A stretch of DNA of 64,000 nucleotides from assembly GCF_001194135.2 (NCBI RefSeq), contig NC_068992.1:10882819-10946818 (forward strand), written 5' to 3'. The translations under genes were made by a program, and so were the position numbers. The notes under the pieces were generated by a model. The model did no database searches. It worked only from the letters and a program-made list of their open reading frames with translations, and was not told where the DNA came from. Below, in pieces: positions 53,473 to 64,000 of the stretch. How positions within the stretch are numbered: position 1 is the stretch's first letter; every line of letters begins with the position of its first letter. The DNA comes from Octopus bimaculoides. Taxonomy: Eukaryota.

Positions 53473-53647
53473 ATTCAGTAGTTTTATTTTTATAACGTGC
53501 TTTCACTTCACTACCGAGCGCAGCTCTGTGCGCCTTGGGTATGTGCTGTGGTTTGCTGTGGTGCTCTTATGTTTACTGTATTGAAAGTGTTTTGCGTAGA
53601 ATGTGTGCAGTACCCAGTAGTGCAATTTTTTGTATGTTATATATATT
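53473..53647 (-). mobile_element. R4/Dong-like LINE 3' end, subfamily 1
   Basis: NIYNIQKIALLGTAHILRKTLSIQ* (stop at 53573-53575), a short 3' UTR, then (TAA)n. The 5' side runs into a gap. Confidence 0.8.
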
Positions 53648-53732
53648 NNNNNNNNNNNNNNNNNNNNNNNNNNNNNNNNNNNNNNNNNNNNNNNNNNNNN
53701 NNNNNNNNNNNNNNNNNNNNNNNNNNNNNNNN

Positions 53733-54055
53733 TATTATTATTATTATTTTATGTTTGACTTTGGCTTTGCATTTGTACAAGTTGGATCCAAGTCTCACCT
53801 AGAGACCTCAAGAAACAAGTTAGAAGTTCATGTAGGTGTTATGCCTAGGGTACCATATATTTGGATTTGTACATAGTGTTCTAGAGAATGTTTAAGAAAC
53901 CATAAGAAAATTATGTGTTTGTTTTAAAATTTGAGATCACATAGACAGTATTTTACGTAGGATATGGGCAGTTCCCATGAGCACTATGTTTTGAACTTCA
54001 GCCATTTTGGGGTTTCCTGGTATCTGGGCTAGGTAGTAATCAGCCCGTTTTGCTG

Positions 54056-54060
<5 letters not shown>
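53733..54060 (-). mobile_element. R4/Dong-like LINE, 5'-truncated, subfamily 2
   Basis: MTAKRADYYLAQIPGNPKMAEVQNIVLMGTAHILRKILSM* (stop at 53937-53939), a ~200-bp 3' UTR, and (TAA)n on both sides. Confidence 0.85.
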
Positions 54061-54101
<41 letters not shown>

Positions 54102-54179
54102 TTTTATTATTATTCTGTACTGGCAAAGGATTTTCCCAGTTTTCTTTGCAGAATGTCAAACAGCTAGTCATATATTCAA

Positions 54180-56030
54180 ATAGATATTCAGAACATATCT
54201 TATGGTTCACACTGTATCAAAGTGACATGCTTTGTGTAATGCCACAAATTTTATTGTTAATCTGATCATAGAAAAACCATTTAATGATATTTTTGGACAT
54301 GATGCCTAGTGATCCTATTTTAAAAATTACCATTATCTCTCTTCAGTTCTAAAGGCATTTTTAGTTCCCATTTTAGATCCTGGTATTCTATATTCTTAAT
54401 TCCTTTTTTTTTCTTTTCCATTTTAGTGTCAAAAGGTCAGAATGCATCTTACAAATTTTAGTATCTATCTTTCACTAGAACAACAATATCCTATCTTGAA
54501 TGTTCCAATTCTTTGTCTCTCTGGATTCTCATATTCTATAAAATAGACAATTTTTAGTAGCCTATGTTCATACCACTTTTCTGGCTATTCTGTATTGTAT
54601 TTTACACATAATAAAGTATATATAATATATTCTATATCATGCATATAAAGCAGTTTTTGTCATGTCTTCAGTTGTCTAATGACCTCAGGCTTTTTAGAAA
54701 GTGACCTTGCTTCCAAACTGACCCCAGAAGGTATACTCAGAATACAGCCATGTTGGTTGGGAAAAGGATAGGGAAAAAGGTTTCAATTAACTTGATTTTT
54801 TTTTGAAGAACTCGTAATACAGTGAGTCTTCATGGCAATTGTATTGTTTCTGTGCCAGGTTCTGGCATTTTAAAACTAAGTGGTCACCATTCTTTTTCTC
54901 TTTTACCTCATAATCAATATAATGTTAATATACCCTCCTATATATATGTATTCTAATTGTTCATGCCATTATGGCCTATTCTTGGGCTTCCATTGAATTG
55001 CCTTCTGTGGTCTTCTGAATATCTCTTTCCTATAACTACTTACAAGTTCAACTGCTTTTAAAAATGGTATCCCTACATTTTTCTTATTCATTTCCTATTT
55101 TTGAGCTACTTTCTTTTCTCTTTTTCTTTGTTTATTACACCTACTCTTTTACAGCCCTCAACATTTTTTTCTGTACTTTCTGACATGTACTTGTCGTCCT
55201 CTACAGCCATAAAATATCTTACACTAATTAAAACATCTACCATTATTACATTTCATAAACAGTCTAACAGTATCTCTTGTGAAACATATTGTACATCCTC
55301 ACCAATTTATTGTGTGTTTTCCTATCAATATCCTGTAGTTTTGAGTGTTCCTGTTCACGACACCTACACAGCATTGAATGATCAAGACAGTGCATCAGTT
55401 GATATCTGTAATAACATCTCCACACTTCAGAAAGGATTTTTAGTATTTTGCCCCCTTTTTATGTATTTATTTTTCTCTTTCATTTTCTGCCTTTTATGCT
55501 ATCAGCTTCTAAAACTCCTGAACACTTGTATCACTTTTCCTTATGAATTTGTTTTATATTCTCACCTGTAGGAAGTTCCATTTTTTCTATCTCAAACAAT
55601 TTGTCCCCTCTGTATGGCACCACAATTCTTAATGCTGAATTCCATTCTTATGTCATCATCAAATACTCATACACTCTTCCCCAAAGTTTCAAGTTGCTTT
55701 CTGATCTTACCAAATAATTTCAAGTCATCCATAAATACTAGTTGGCTGATGATATGTTCACAATTTCTTAATTCATATCCTGCTTTCACCTTTCTTAAGA
55801 TATAAGTCAAAGGGTTTTGACTGAATACAAATAGTAACAGTGATTAACCACACCCTTGAAATGTTCTTTTTTCTAACTATATTTTGCCACATTTCACACC
55901 TCTGAATGTAGAATCTCTCTCCAAGCAGTCCATACTAATTCTAAAGAATGACTTGATGTTGTTGGCTATCTTAAATAAGTTCAAGTCTATAATAACTCAG
56001 GAATGCAAGGTCACATGGAAACACTTATTT
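54180..56030 (-). pseudogene. Old R4/Dong-like LINE relic spanning RT, zinc-knuckle region and RLE
   Basis: In order: PLTYILRKVKAGYEL...LVFMDDLKLFGK...DDDIRMEFSIKNC, LQDIDRKTH, KCQNLAQKQY, EKWYEH, EHSR*DIVVL, EYQDLKWEL, IGSLGIMSK, LHKACHFDTV*TIRYVLNI. Confidence 0.8.
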
Positions 56031-56456
56031 ATAGTCAATGCAGGCCGTAGCTAACTTTTATCTGATTTCCTTTACAATTTCATATTATTGTTTTATCTCT
56101 GAGAAGTTGACATTGTACTTTATTGTTTTGTGTTTTCTTTGTTACTGATTGTTTTTCTGGCAGCAGTTTTTTTCAAATGTTGGTAGAATTGTTCACCAAT
56201 TATGTAGGTCAGTAGTGTTCACACTTCTGAAAGACAAGTAATAAGTCTTGCTTGCAGCATTTCATTTTGCTTTGTCTTCCAATATGAGAACTGTTGTTTC
56301 TTTAGTTAACCACTCAGAGACAGAATTAAAAAGCAAATATTCAAGTCAGTTATATTGTTTGGGAATATAATCCATTGATCCCACCATTTCTGGATACCTT
56401 GTAAAGGGTCACAAGCACTGCTTTCCTTCTTGACTAAAAACATAGGTCGTAATTTA

Positions 56457-56726
56457 TCATCATCATCATCATTTAACGTCCGCTTTCCATGCTAGCATGG
56501 GTTGGACGATTTGACTGAGGACTGGTGAAACCAGATGGCTACACACACCAGGCTCCAATCTGATTTGGCAGAGTTTCTACAGCTGGATGCTCTTCCTAAC
56601 GCCAACCACTCCGAGAGTGTAGTGGGTGCTCTTATGTGCCACTGGCATGAGGGCCACTCAGGCAGTACTGGCAATGGCCCCGCTCAAAATGGTGTATTTT
56701 ACGTGCCACCTGCACAGGAGCCAGTT
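56457..56726 (-). mobile_element. SINE family A, low-divergence copy
   Basis: Reverse complement of 28900-29181, with a small CA expansion near 56540. Confidence 0.9.
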
Positions 56727-57227
56727 CGGCATGATAGATTAAATTAGATGATAGATGGTTTTAAATTAAATGACAGATTAAACACAGGATTTAGACTCAG
56801 AATACCAACAGCTGCAAAAATTCTTGGAAGGCATCCCATATCCAATTTGACAGTCTTACAGTTCTACCAATCCACTACCTTTGATTAGTACTGCTTTATT
56901 GATCTTGAAAGTTGAGTTTGGCAAGATTTAAACTAAGCAGAGAATGAATACAAATCCCGAGAGGATTTCTTTTCAAGATTTTAATGATTGTACCAACTTC
57001 CCACCTGTACTTTTTCATCTTATAAAGTCTTCATTGCATAAAATATGTATGAAAAGCCATACACACAGCTTAGAAATGATGCGCAATTTGATAATATGGA
57101 AATAAAGCCTTATGAAATCATGATGCTAGTTAAATTTTCCCATCGTAGCATGTTTCTCATTAAAGATTCATTCCATGAGAGACTTAAAGTGATTGATAAA
57201 GTAAAGCAACTAATATGTATTATTAGT

Positions 57228-58145
57228 CTAAGGTGGCGAGTTGGCAGAAATGTTAGCAGTATTTCGTCTGTCTTTATGTCCTGAGTTCAAATTCCACTGA
57301 GGTCGACTTTGCCATTCATTCTTTCTGGGTCGATAAATTAAGTACCAGTTGCATACTGGGCCTTGTGCCTGGCGTAGAAAAAGAATATTTATTGTTATTA
57401 TAAAAGCTATGAACTGGCAGAACTGTTACCATGCTGGGTTGAATGCTTAGTGACATTCCATCTGCCTTTACGTTCTGAGTTCAAGTTCTGCCAGGGTCTA
57501 CTCTGCCTTCCATCTTTTGGTGTCAATAAAATACGGACTAGTTGAGAACTGGGGTCAATGTAATCGACTTACCCACTCCCTGGAAATTACTGGTCTTTTT
57601 TCACTTCATCAACCCTCAGAGGAGGAAACGCAAATTCATCCTCAGCAGCATTTGAACTCAGAGTCTAAACTTGGCTGCAATGCCACTAAGTATTTGCCTG
57701 GTGTGCTAACAATTCTTTTCTACTCTAAGCACAAGGCCCAAAATTTTGAGGGAGGGGGCCAGTCGATTAGATCGATCCAGTACACAACTGGTACTTAATT
57801 CATCGACTCTGAAAAGATGAAAGGCAAAGTCAACCTTGGTAGAATTTGAACTCTCAACGTAAAGACAGACGAAATACCACTAAGCGTTTCATCCAGCATG
57901 CTAATGTTTCTTATTTCTTTATTGCCCACAAGGAGCTAAACATACAAGGGACAAACAAGGACAGACAACAGGATTAAGTCGATTATATCGACCCCAGTGC
58001 ATCAGTTGTACTTAATTTATCAACCCCGAAATGATGAAAGGCAAAGTCAACCTCAGCAGAATTTGAACTCAGAACGTAATGGCAGATGAAATATTGCTAA
58101 GCATTTCATCCGGCGTGCTAACGTTTCTGCCAGCACGACGCCTTA
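57228..58145. mobile_element. Cluster of four SINE C copies (two +, then two -)
   Basis: Approximate copies: + 57228-57390 (internally deleted), + 57405-57600, - 57720-57905, - 57935-58145. Confidence 0.8.
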
Positions 58146-59166
58146 AACTGCCTAGATATTATTGTTAAAGATACCAAAAACAAGTCTGCCTCTATGCACA
58201 AGCACACACACACACACACACACNNNNNNNNNNNNNNNNNNNNNNNNNNNNNNNNNNNNNNNNNNNNNNNNNNNNNNNNNNNNNNNNNNNNNNNNNNNNN
58301 NNNNNNNNNNNNNNNNNNNNNNNNNNNNNNNNNNNNNNNNNNNNNNNNNNNNNNNNNNNNNNNNNNNNNNNNNNNNNNNNNNNNNNNNNNNNNNNNNNNN
58401 NNNNNNNNNNNNNNNNNNNNNNNNNNNNNNNNNNNNNNNNNNNNNNNNNNNNNNNNNNNNNNNNNNNNNNNNNNNNNNNNNNNNNNNNNNNNNNNNNNNN
58501 NNNNNNNNNNNNNNNNNNNNNNNNNNNNNNNNNNNNNNNNNNNNNNNNNNNNNNNNNNNNNNNNNNNNNNNNNNNNNNNNNNNNNNNNNNNNNNNNNNNN
58601 NNNNNNNNNNNNNNNNNNNNNNNNNNNNNNNNNNNNNNNNNNNNNNNNNNNNNNNNNNNNNNNNNNNNNNNNNNNNNNNNNNNNNNNNNNNNNNNNNNNN
58701 NNNNNNNNNNNNNNNNNNNNNNNNNNNNNNNNNNNNNNNNNNNNNNNNNNNNNNNNNNNNNNNNNNNNNNNNNNNNNNNNNNNNNNNNNNNNNNNNNNNN
58801 NNNNNNNNNNNNNNNNNNNNNNNNNNNCCTTCCCCCCTCTGTTGTCTTCTCGTTACTGCTGTATTTTTGTATATTAGAAAATGCATTAATTGTTTTGATT
58901 CAATAACCATCAATCAACTAGTGTGTGTGTGTGTGTGTGTGTGTGTTTGTATATTGAGGGGAGAGGGTCTCCATTCATCAGTTTGACATGCCATTTATAT
59001 TGAGATATTTATCTATTTTTCCTGATTTTATTTAAATATATATCATCTTGATTATTACTTCATGATTTGCTATCTATCATGCACTCTTCTTCTTTCTCAC
59101 TCTATCTATGTGTGTGAGTGTGTGTGTGTGTGTGCATATACATATGTATACATTCACATATAACCA

Positions 59167-59207
<41 letters not shown>

Positions 59208-59305
59208 GTATACTTATATGACATATATGTATTTTGATGGGTGCATACAGGAATGTAGATGTTTCTATCTATCTATAAATATATATTTATATATGAATGC
59301 ATGCC

Positions 59306-59393
<88 letters not shown>

Positions 59394-59560
59394 CATGTGG
59401 GATCAGACATGCTTAATTTTTGGAAAACCATTGATTCTCATTTGAAGTCTACACAAATTCCCACCAAGTAATTGGTCTATCATCTGTGGAAGTGAAGATG
59501 GTAGCCCATTCTTCCATTCTATGAGTTTGTGTACACATACATACATTCGTACACACACAC

Positions 59561-60038
59561 AAGCACAACAGACCTGATATGATGTTTTGAGATTGAGAAG
59601 AGAAACTGTGCACAGTTGTGGAAATCAGCTGCCCAGCAGATGTTAAGATAAAATTGAAGATCAGTGAAAAAGAGAGCACCTATGCTGAACTATTGAGAAA
59701 ACTGCAGTTACTCTATCCAGATTACAAGTTCTGGTTTATACCTGTAAATATTGGGGCCCTGGGACATGCAACACACTACCTAAATACCAATCTTGAGAAA
59801 TTAGGCTTCTCAAAACCAGAAAGGAGTAAGCTAATTCGAAGACTACAAATCCAGTCCATCAGTGGAACTGTAAAAATCTGTATAACTTGCCAAAAGTTTA
59901 TAATTTACATATATACGAGCATATTTAGATATGCAACTGTATGCCTGAGAATACACACATAAAACAAAACATACAAATCATCAAATATACATGCATATAT
60001 ACAAAGTTACAAACAAAAATACCCTGTTATTGATATTG
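59561..60038 (+). mobile_element. 5'-truncated RLE-type non-LTR retrotransposon (R2/R4 group), C-terminus plus part of the 3' UTR
   Basis: KHNRPDMMF*D*EEKLCTVVEISCPADV...KESTYAELLRKLQLLYPDYKFWFIPVNIGALG...GTVKIC follows the RLE HNRPD...E..CP...K...Y...P..IGALG pattern. Confidence 0.85.
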
Positions 60039-60099
60039 GTAGAAAGAGCGAGTAAAGGGGCATGTTGTCATGTATACGAACATTCATAAATAAATAAGC

Positions 60100-60692
60100 A
60101 ATAAATACCCTCCTCAGTGTTTTGAAAAGCATGTGACAATACAACAGCAAAACTATATTGCAAAATGGGTGGATGCATCAAGGTCTCCTTACTTTACTCC
60201 ATCTTCCACAGCAAAAGATTCAGAAAGCCTACCATCAAAGTTAACTTTCCAACCACAGACAAAAGCGAAATCCCACGAAAATTACCAGACAGATCCTTTG
60301 GCCTACAGTTTCATCAGAATAGGATGTTGTTGGGGCATAAATACTAACAATGGTAAGAAACCTACCTTTTGTCAGTTTAATACGACATGACATGATCTGT
60401 TCAGATAGACCACTTGGAAGGTCTGCAATGAAGGATACTAATGTATTCTTGTGAGCAAACCCAACACCAAATTCTCTACGCTGACCCTTAGGTACGCCTC
60501 TCCAAAAGATAGTATATTCATAAGTAGGTTCATTTACTTGACCTTCACCAGAGAGACAAGTTTCAGAGAGCGCGGCTATATCAAGTGAATATTTCTTAAG
60601 CTCACATGCAATAAGTGCAGTATGCCTTTCTGGCATCTTGTTGAAATTATCATCAAGAAGTGTGCACACATTCCAACAACCACACGTCATCC

Positions 60693-60696
<4 letters not shown>
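60100..60696 (-). pseudogene. Internally deleted RTE (BovB-like) LINE: APE N-terminus joined to two RT pieces
   Basis: MRMTCGCWNVCTLLD...DIAALSET...GVGFA...TIVSIYAPT...SDETV, then GNFRGISLLSVVGK, then FDGRLSESFAVEDGVK*GD...FAVVLSHAFQNTEEGIY. Confidence 0.88.
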
Positions 60697-60734
<38 letters not shown>

Positions 60735-61809
60735 ACATTGTCATTATCATCACCATTTAACATCTGCCATCCATGCTGGCATGGGTTGGACAGTTTGACA
60801 GGAGCTGATCTGGTAGAAGGCTATTCATTTACCCTCCCACACATACTGCATTGTGATCCGCATAGTTTTCTCTTCGCTCATCTTACTTCTGTTGTCTCTT
60901 TGTTAATTCTTTCACACTATATTTGTCTCCCTATATATATATATATTTGACCTCTGTCCACTCACACAATACTCCACCAACCTACCTACCTAACCCCATC
61001 CCCAGAAAACTGGAACAGCACCAGAAAAGCAAGAACAACAACAATAATAACGATAATGATGATAATTATACAAGGAAGACATGTATATGGAGTTAATTGT
61101 ATCGCCATCAATGTTACAACAGCACTCAAATGTGAATGATGTCCTGTAGGAGATTATAGAAATGTTTACACCATTTCTGTTGCTTATAGCTTGTCTATCA
61201 AAGACAAGTGGCAAAGAACTATACAAGCAGAAAACGTTCTCTGGTTCCTCTGGGATATTATTGGCTTCAACAATGGCACAGGATTATAAACCTACTGCAA
61301 CCAAAAAGAACACACACACATATACAAATACATATAACAAGCACACACACATACACAGATGTCCCACTATTCCTGGACATTCTCTCACTTTGTCTCTGTC
61401 TGTCTGTCTGTCTCTCTCACTTTTTCTTGCTTTCTCCTTCAATCTTTTATTCATTGTCTTCCTCTTTCACTAACTTCTTCCTCTCTTTCTCTCTTTTTTA
61501 CTCCTCATTTTCTTACTTATTCTCATTCTCTCACTTGATCTCTCATTTCTTCAACTATTCACTCTTTTTTTTCACTCACTCTCAACTTTTCTTTTTCTCT
61601 TATTCTATGAAAAACTCATACTTTTTGTTTTTTCCTGCCCTTTCCTCTCTCTCTCTCTCTCTCTTTCTTATACTCTGTCTTTAACTAACATATTCTCTTT
61701 TTTCATATACACACATACAGCACACACACACATTATCGAATATTTGCTTTGCCTTGAAAAAAAAAAAGAGAAAATAATCAAAATCTTCCAAAATCTCCAA
61801 GAGTCTATA

Positions 61810-62340
61810 TTATCAATGTTGATGGAAACCATTTCACTTTATTTAACCCCATTTATTCAATTATAGCTTGGGAAAATCATTGTAATTTCACACCACTAAC
61901 CCTGTTCATTCAATTATATTTTTGTTAATCATTACATTTCCCAGTTAACCTTAAATCACTTCATTTATTATTGTTGGTTCATCTTTTCTATTATATTTTG
62001 ATTAATTGCGATAATTCACACAGTGTGCTCCTACTCAATTATAGCTTGGGAAATTATTACATTTTTCTTTGCTAGCCCTAAATCACTACATTTCTAACTG
62101 TTAGCCCATGTTTTTTTTATCATATTTTGGTTAATTGTTATATTTCACACAGTTAACTCCTATTCAATTTTAATTTGAAAAATCACAACAATCTTACTCA
62201 TTTGACTGTCTATTCAGTTATATTCTTGTTAATCATTCCTTTTCTCATTGTTAATTCTGTATCACCATATTTTTTTACTGTTAGTCCATCTCCTTTATTT
62301 GGGCTAATCACCATATTTCACTTTGTTTAACCTAGATAAT
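61810..62340. repeat. Degenerate AT-rich minisatellite with higher-order structure
   Basis: An exact 19-mer TCAATTATAGCTTGGGAAA at 61857 and 62035. Shorter recurring units of the form ATTATATTTTG.TTAAT...TTCACAC. Confidence 0.6.
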
Positions 62341-62371
62341 ACACACACACACACACACATACACACACACA

Positions 62372-62653
62372 CATGCATATATAGTACAGGACATCACCAA
62401 CAGTAAAAAAAATGAAATACGAAAACAAATGAGTTTGATATACAAACAAATGGAAAACAGGACAAGTAACATAAAGAACGACCCTTCATCAGTTGTCGGC
62501 TGTCTATCTACTGTTCAAAGCTCAAAATGAGGAGTAGACAGACAGCTGACAACTGATGAAGGATCGTTCTTTATGTTACTTGACCTGTTTTCCATTTGTT
62601 TTCATATTTCATGTTGTTTACTGTTGGTAATGTCCTGTACCCATATATGCATG
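62372..62653. repeat. Near-perfect palindrome (head-to-head copies of one repeat end)
   Basis: Arms 62372-62512 and 62533-62653 with a 20-nt spacer. The inner 69 bp pair at 65/69. Confidence 0.9.
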
Positions 62654-62665
62654 CCTATATATATA

Positions 62666-62719
<54 letters not shown>

Positions 62720-62959
62720 TCTCTCTCTATATATATGTGTGTGTGGGTGTGTGTGTGCTCAAGATGGATTAGAAACCACTAATTGAGCTTTATGTCTATG
62801 GAGTCATTTGAAACATATGTGACGCAGAATGTCACTGAAAAATAGATGAAGTTCATAATTAGTTGTCCATTGGTATGATCGAAATACTTTTGAAGTTTCC
62901 AGCTTTCATGAATGGACTGATAAGGATGATAAAGGATGAAAAAAAAAATATCTGGCACT

Positions 62960-63078
62960 GTATCACCATCATCATCATCATCACCACCACCACCATCATC
63001 ATCACCATCACCATCATCGTCACCATCATCATCATCATCGCCATCATCACCATCACCACCATCATCATCATCATCAAC
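62960..63078. repeat. (CAT/CAC)n trinucleotide tract
   Basis: Read directly. Confidence 0.9.
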
Positions 63079-63636
63079 AAGACTTTTAAATTATTCTTTT
63101 TTGAGTTGGTATAAATGATCAGATACCGAGAAACATATGTTTCTTAGAATTTTTTTTGGGGGTTGGGGGTGAAGTTTGAATTGCCAAGTGTCTTCATAGA
63201 TCTAATCTTGCCCTTTTCTTTTGTAACTTTCTTGTGTTTCTGTTGACTTAATTTGATAGAATTTTTGTCTTCTTTCCTTTGCACCTTGTCCTGACTTGCC
63301 CCTTATAATGTTAGTTAACGCTAGCTCCCTGCTTAACACAACTCCCCCTATCATCTTTCATATCTACCCCTACTCTTTTCTCAATAATCCCTGTCATTAA
63401 TCCAGTCACTTTCTACTGTTCCTTACCATATTTCCTCTAACTTTTCTTCTTGCTTGCTATCCCATGTCCCTCAGTTTAGATTCATTGCCTATTTTCTCTT
63501 TTTTTCTCTCTCTCTATCTTCTATTATCTTGTAGTTGTAGGGATCACTTTAAGCCCTTAACTTAACATGTTATGAGGTAATGATTGCTGGTGCTAGTACC
63601 ATGAAAAATGCATTTTGTAGTCTCTGTAGAGTGTTT

Positions 63637-64000
63637 GGCGCAATGGCCCAGTGGTTTGGGCAGCGGACTCGCGGTCATAGGATCACGGTTTCAATTCCCA
63701 GACCGGGCATTGTGAGTGTTTATTGAGCGAAAACACATAAAAGCTCCACGAGGCTCCGGCAGGGGATGGTGGTGAACCCTGCTGTACTCTTTCACCACAA
63801 CTTTCTCTCACTCTTACTTCCTGTTTCTGTTGTGCCTGTAATTCAAAGGGTCAGCCTTGTCACGCTGAATATCCCTGAGAACTACGTTAAGGGTACACAT
63901 GTCTGTGAAATGCTCAGCCACTTGCACGTTAATTTCACGAGCAGGCTGTTCCGTTGATTGGATCAACTGGAACCTTCGACGTCGTAAGCGACGGAGTGCC
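63637..64000 (+). mobile_element. SINE family B, full length to the window edge
   Basis: GGCGCAATGGCCCAGTGG head. Collinear with and nearly identical to 30951-31333. Confidence 0.9.

Noticed and set aside
8074-59471. Many ORF-track entries rich in YI, CV, HT, SL or X, including 9250-10212, 20130-20831, 28119-28856, 35923-36435 and 58162-58986
   Set aside because: They are translations of (TA)n, (CA)n or (CT)n microsatellites or of N gaps, with no domain signal.
61140-61290. Possible RTE RT relic (GDYRNVYTISVAY...AENVL...GF)
   Set aside because: Similarity is too faint to support without a profile search.
62533-62590. CTGATGA in the palindrome arms with possible GACAA/TTGTC pairing
   Set aside because: No GAAA and no stem II follow, so it is not a hammerhead as it stands.
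1-64000. Conserved miRNA, rRNA, snRNA or CRISPR-like arrays
   Set aside because: An informal by-eye check found no match to mature bilaterian miRNAs I can recall and no repeat-spacer array. An Infernal/Rfam and MirGeneDB search would be needed to exclude lineage-specific RNAs.

Overview
This is AT-rich eukaryotic DNA with many microsatellites and N gaps. The repeat families (tRNA-, CORE-like and Meta-like SINEs, RTE and R4/Dong-type LINE relics) look like those of a coleoid cephalopod, most likely Octopus; this is an inference from recalled repeat sequences and was not checked by database search. I found no host protein-coding gene I can support, so the window reads as a long intron or intergenic DNA. 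Nearly all ORF-track entries are microsatellite or gap artefacts. The recognisable coding remnants are all transposon-derived: RTE endonuclease/RT pieces, R4/Dong-like RT and restriction-like endonuclease (RLE) pieces, a hAT dimerisation domain and the C-terminus of a Tc1/mariner (maT-like) transposase. The most interesting signals are five. (1) An apparently intact minimal type I hammerhead ribozyme of the Penelope-like-element (PLE) type at 22471-22516 (-), plus decayed hammerheads of a second family. (2) Three R4/Dong-like elements of different ages stacked on one strand at TAA microsatellites (53473-56030). (3) A doubly internally deleted mini-RTE (60100-60696). (4) Two long fold-back palindromes (8500-8879 and 62372-62653). 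(5) Close inverted SINE pairs that could form dsRNA. All coordinates and alignments were made by eye.
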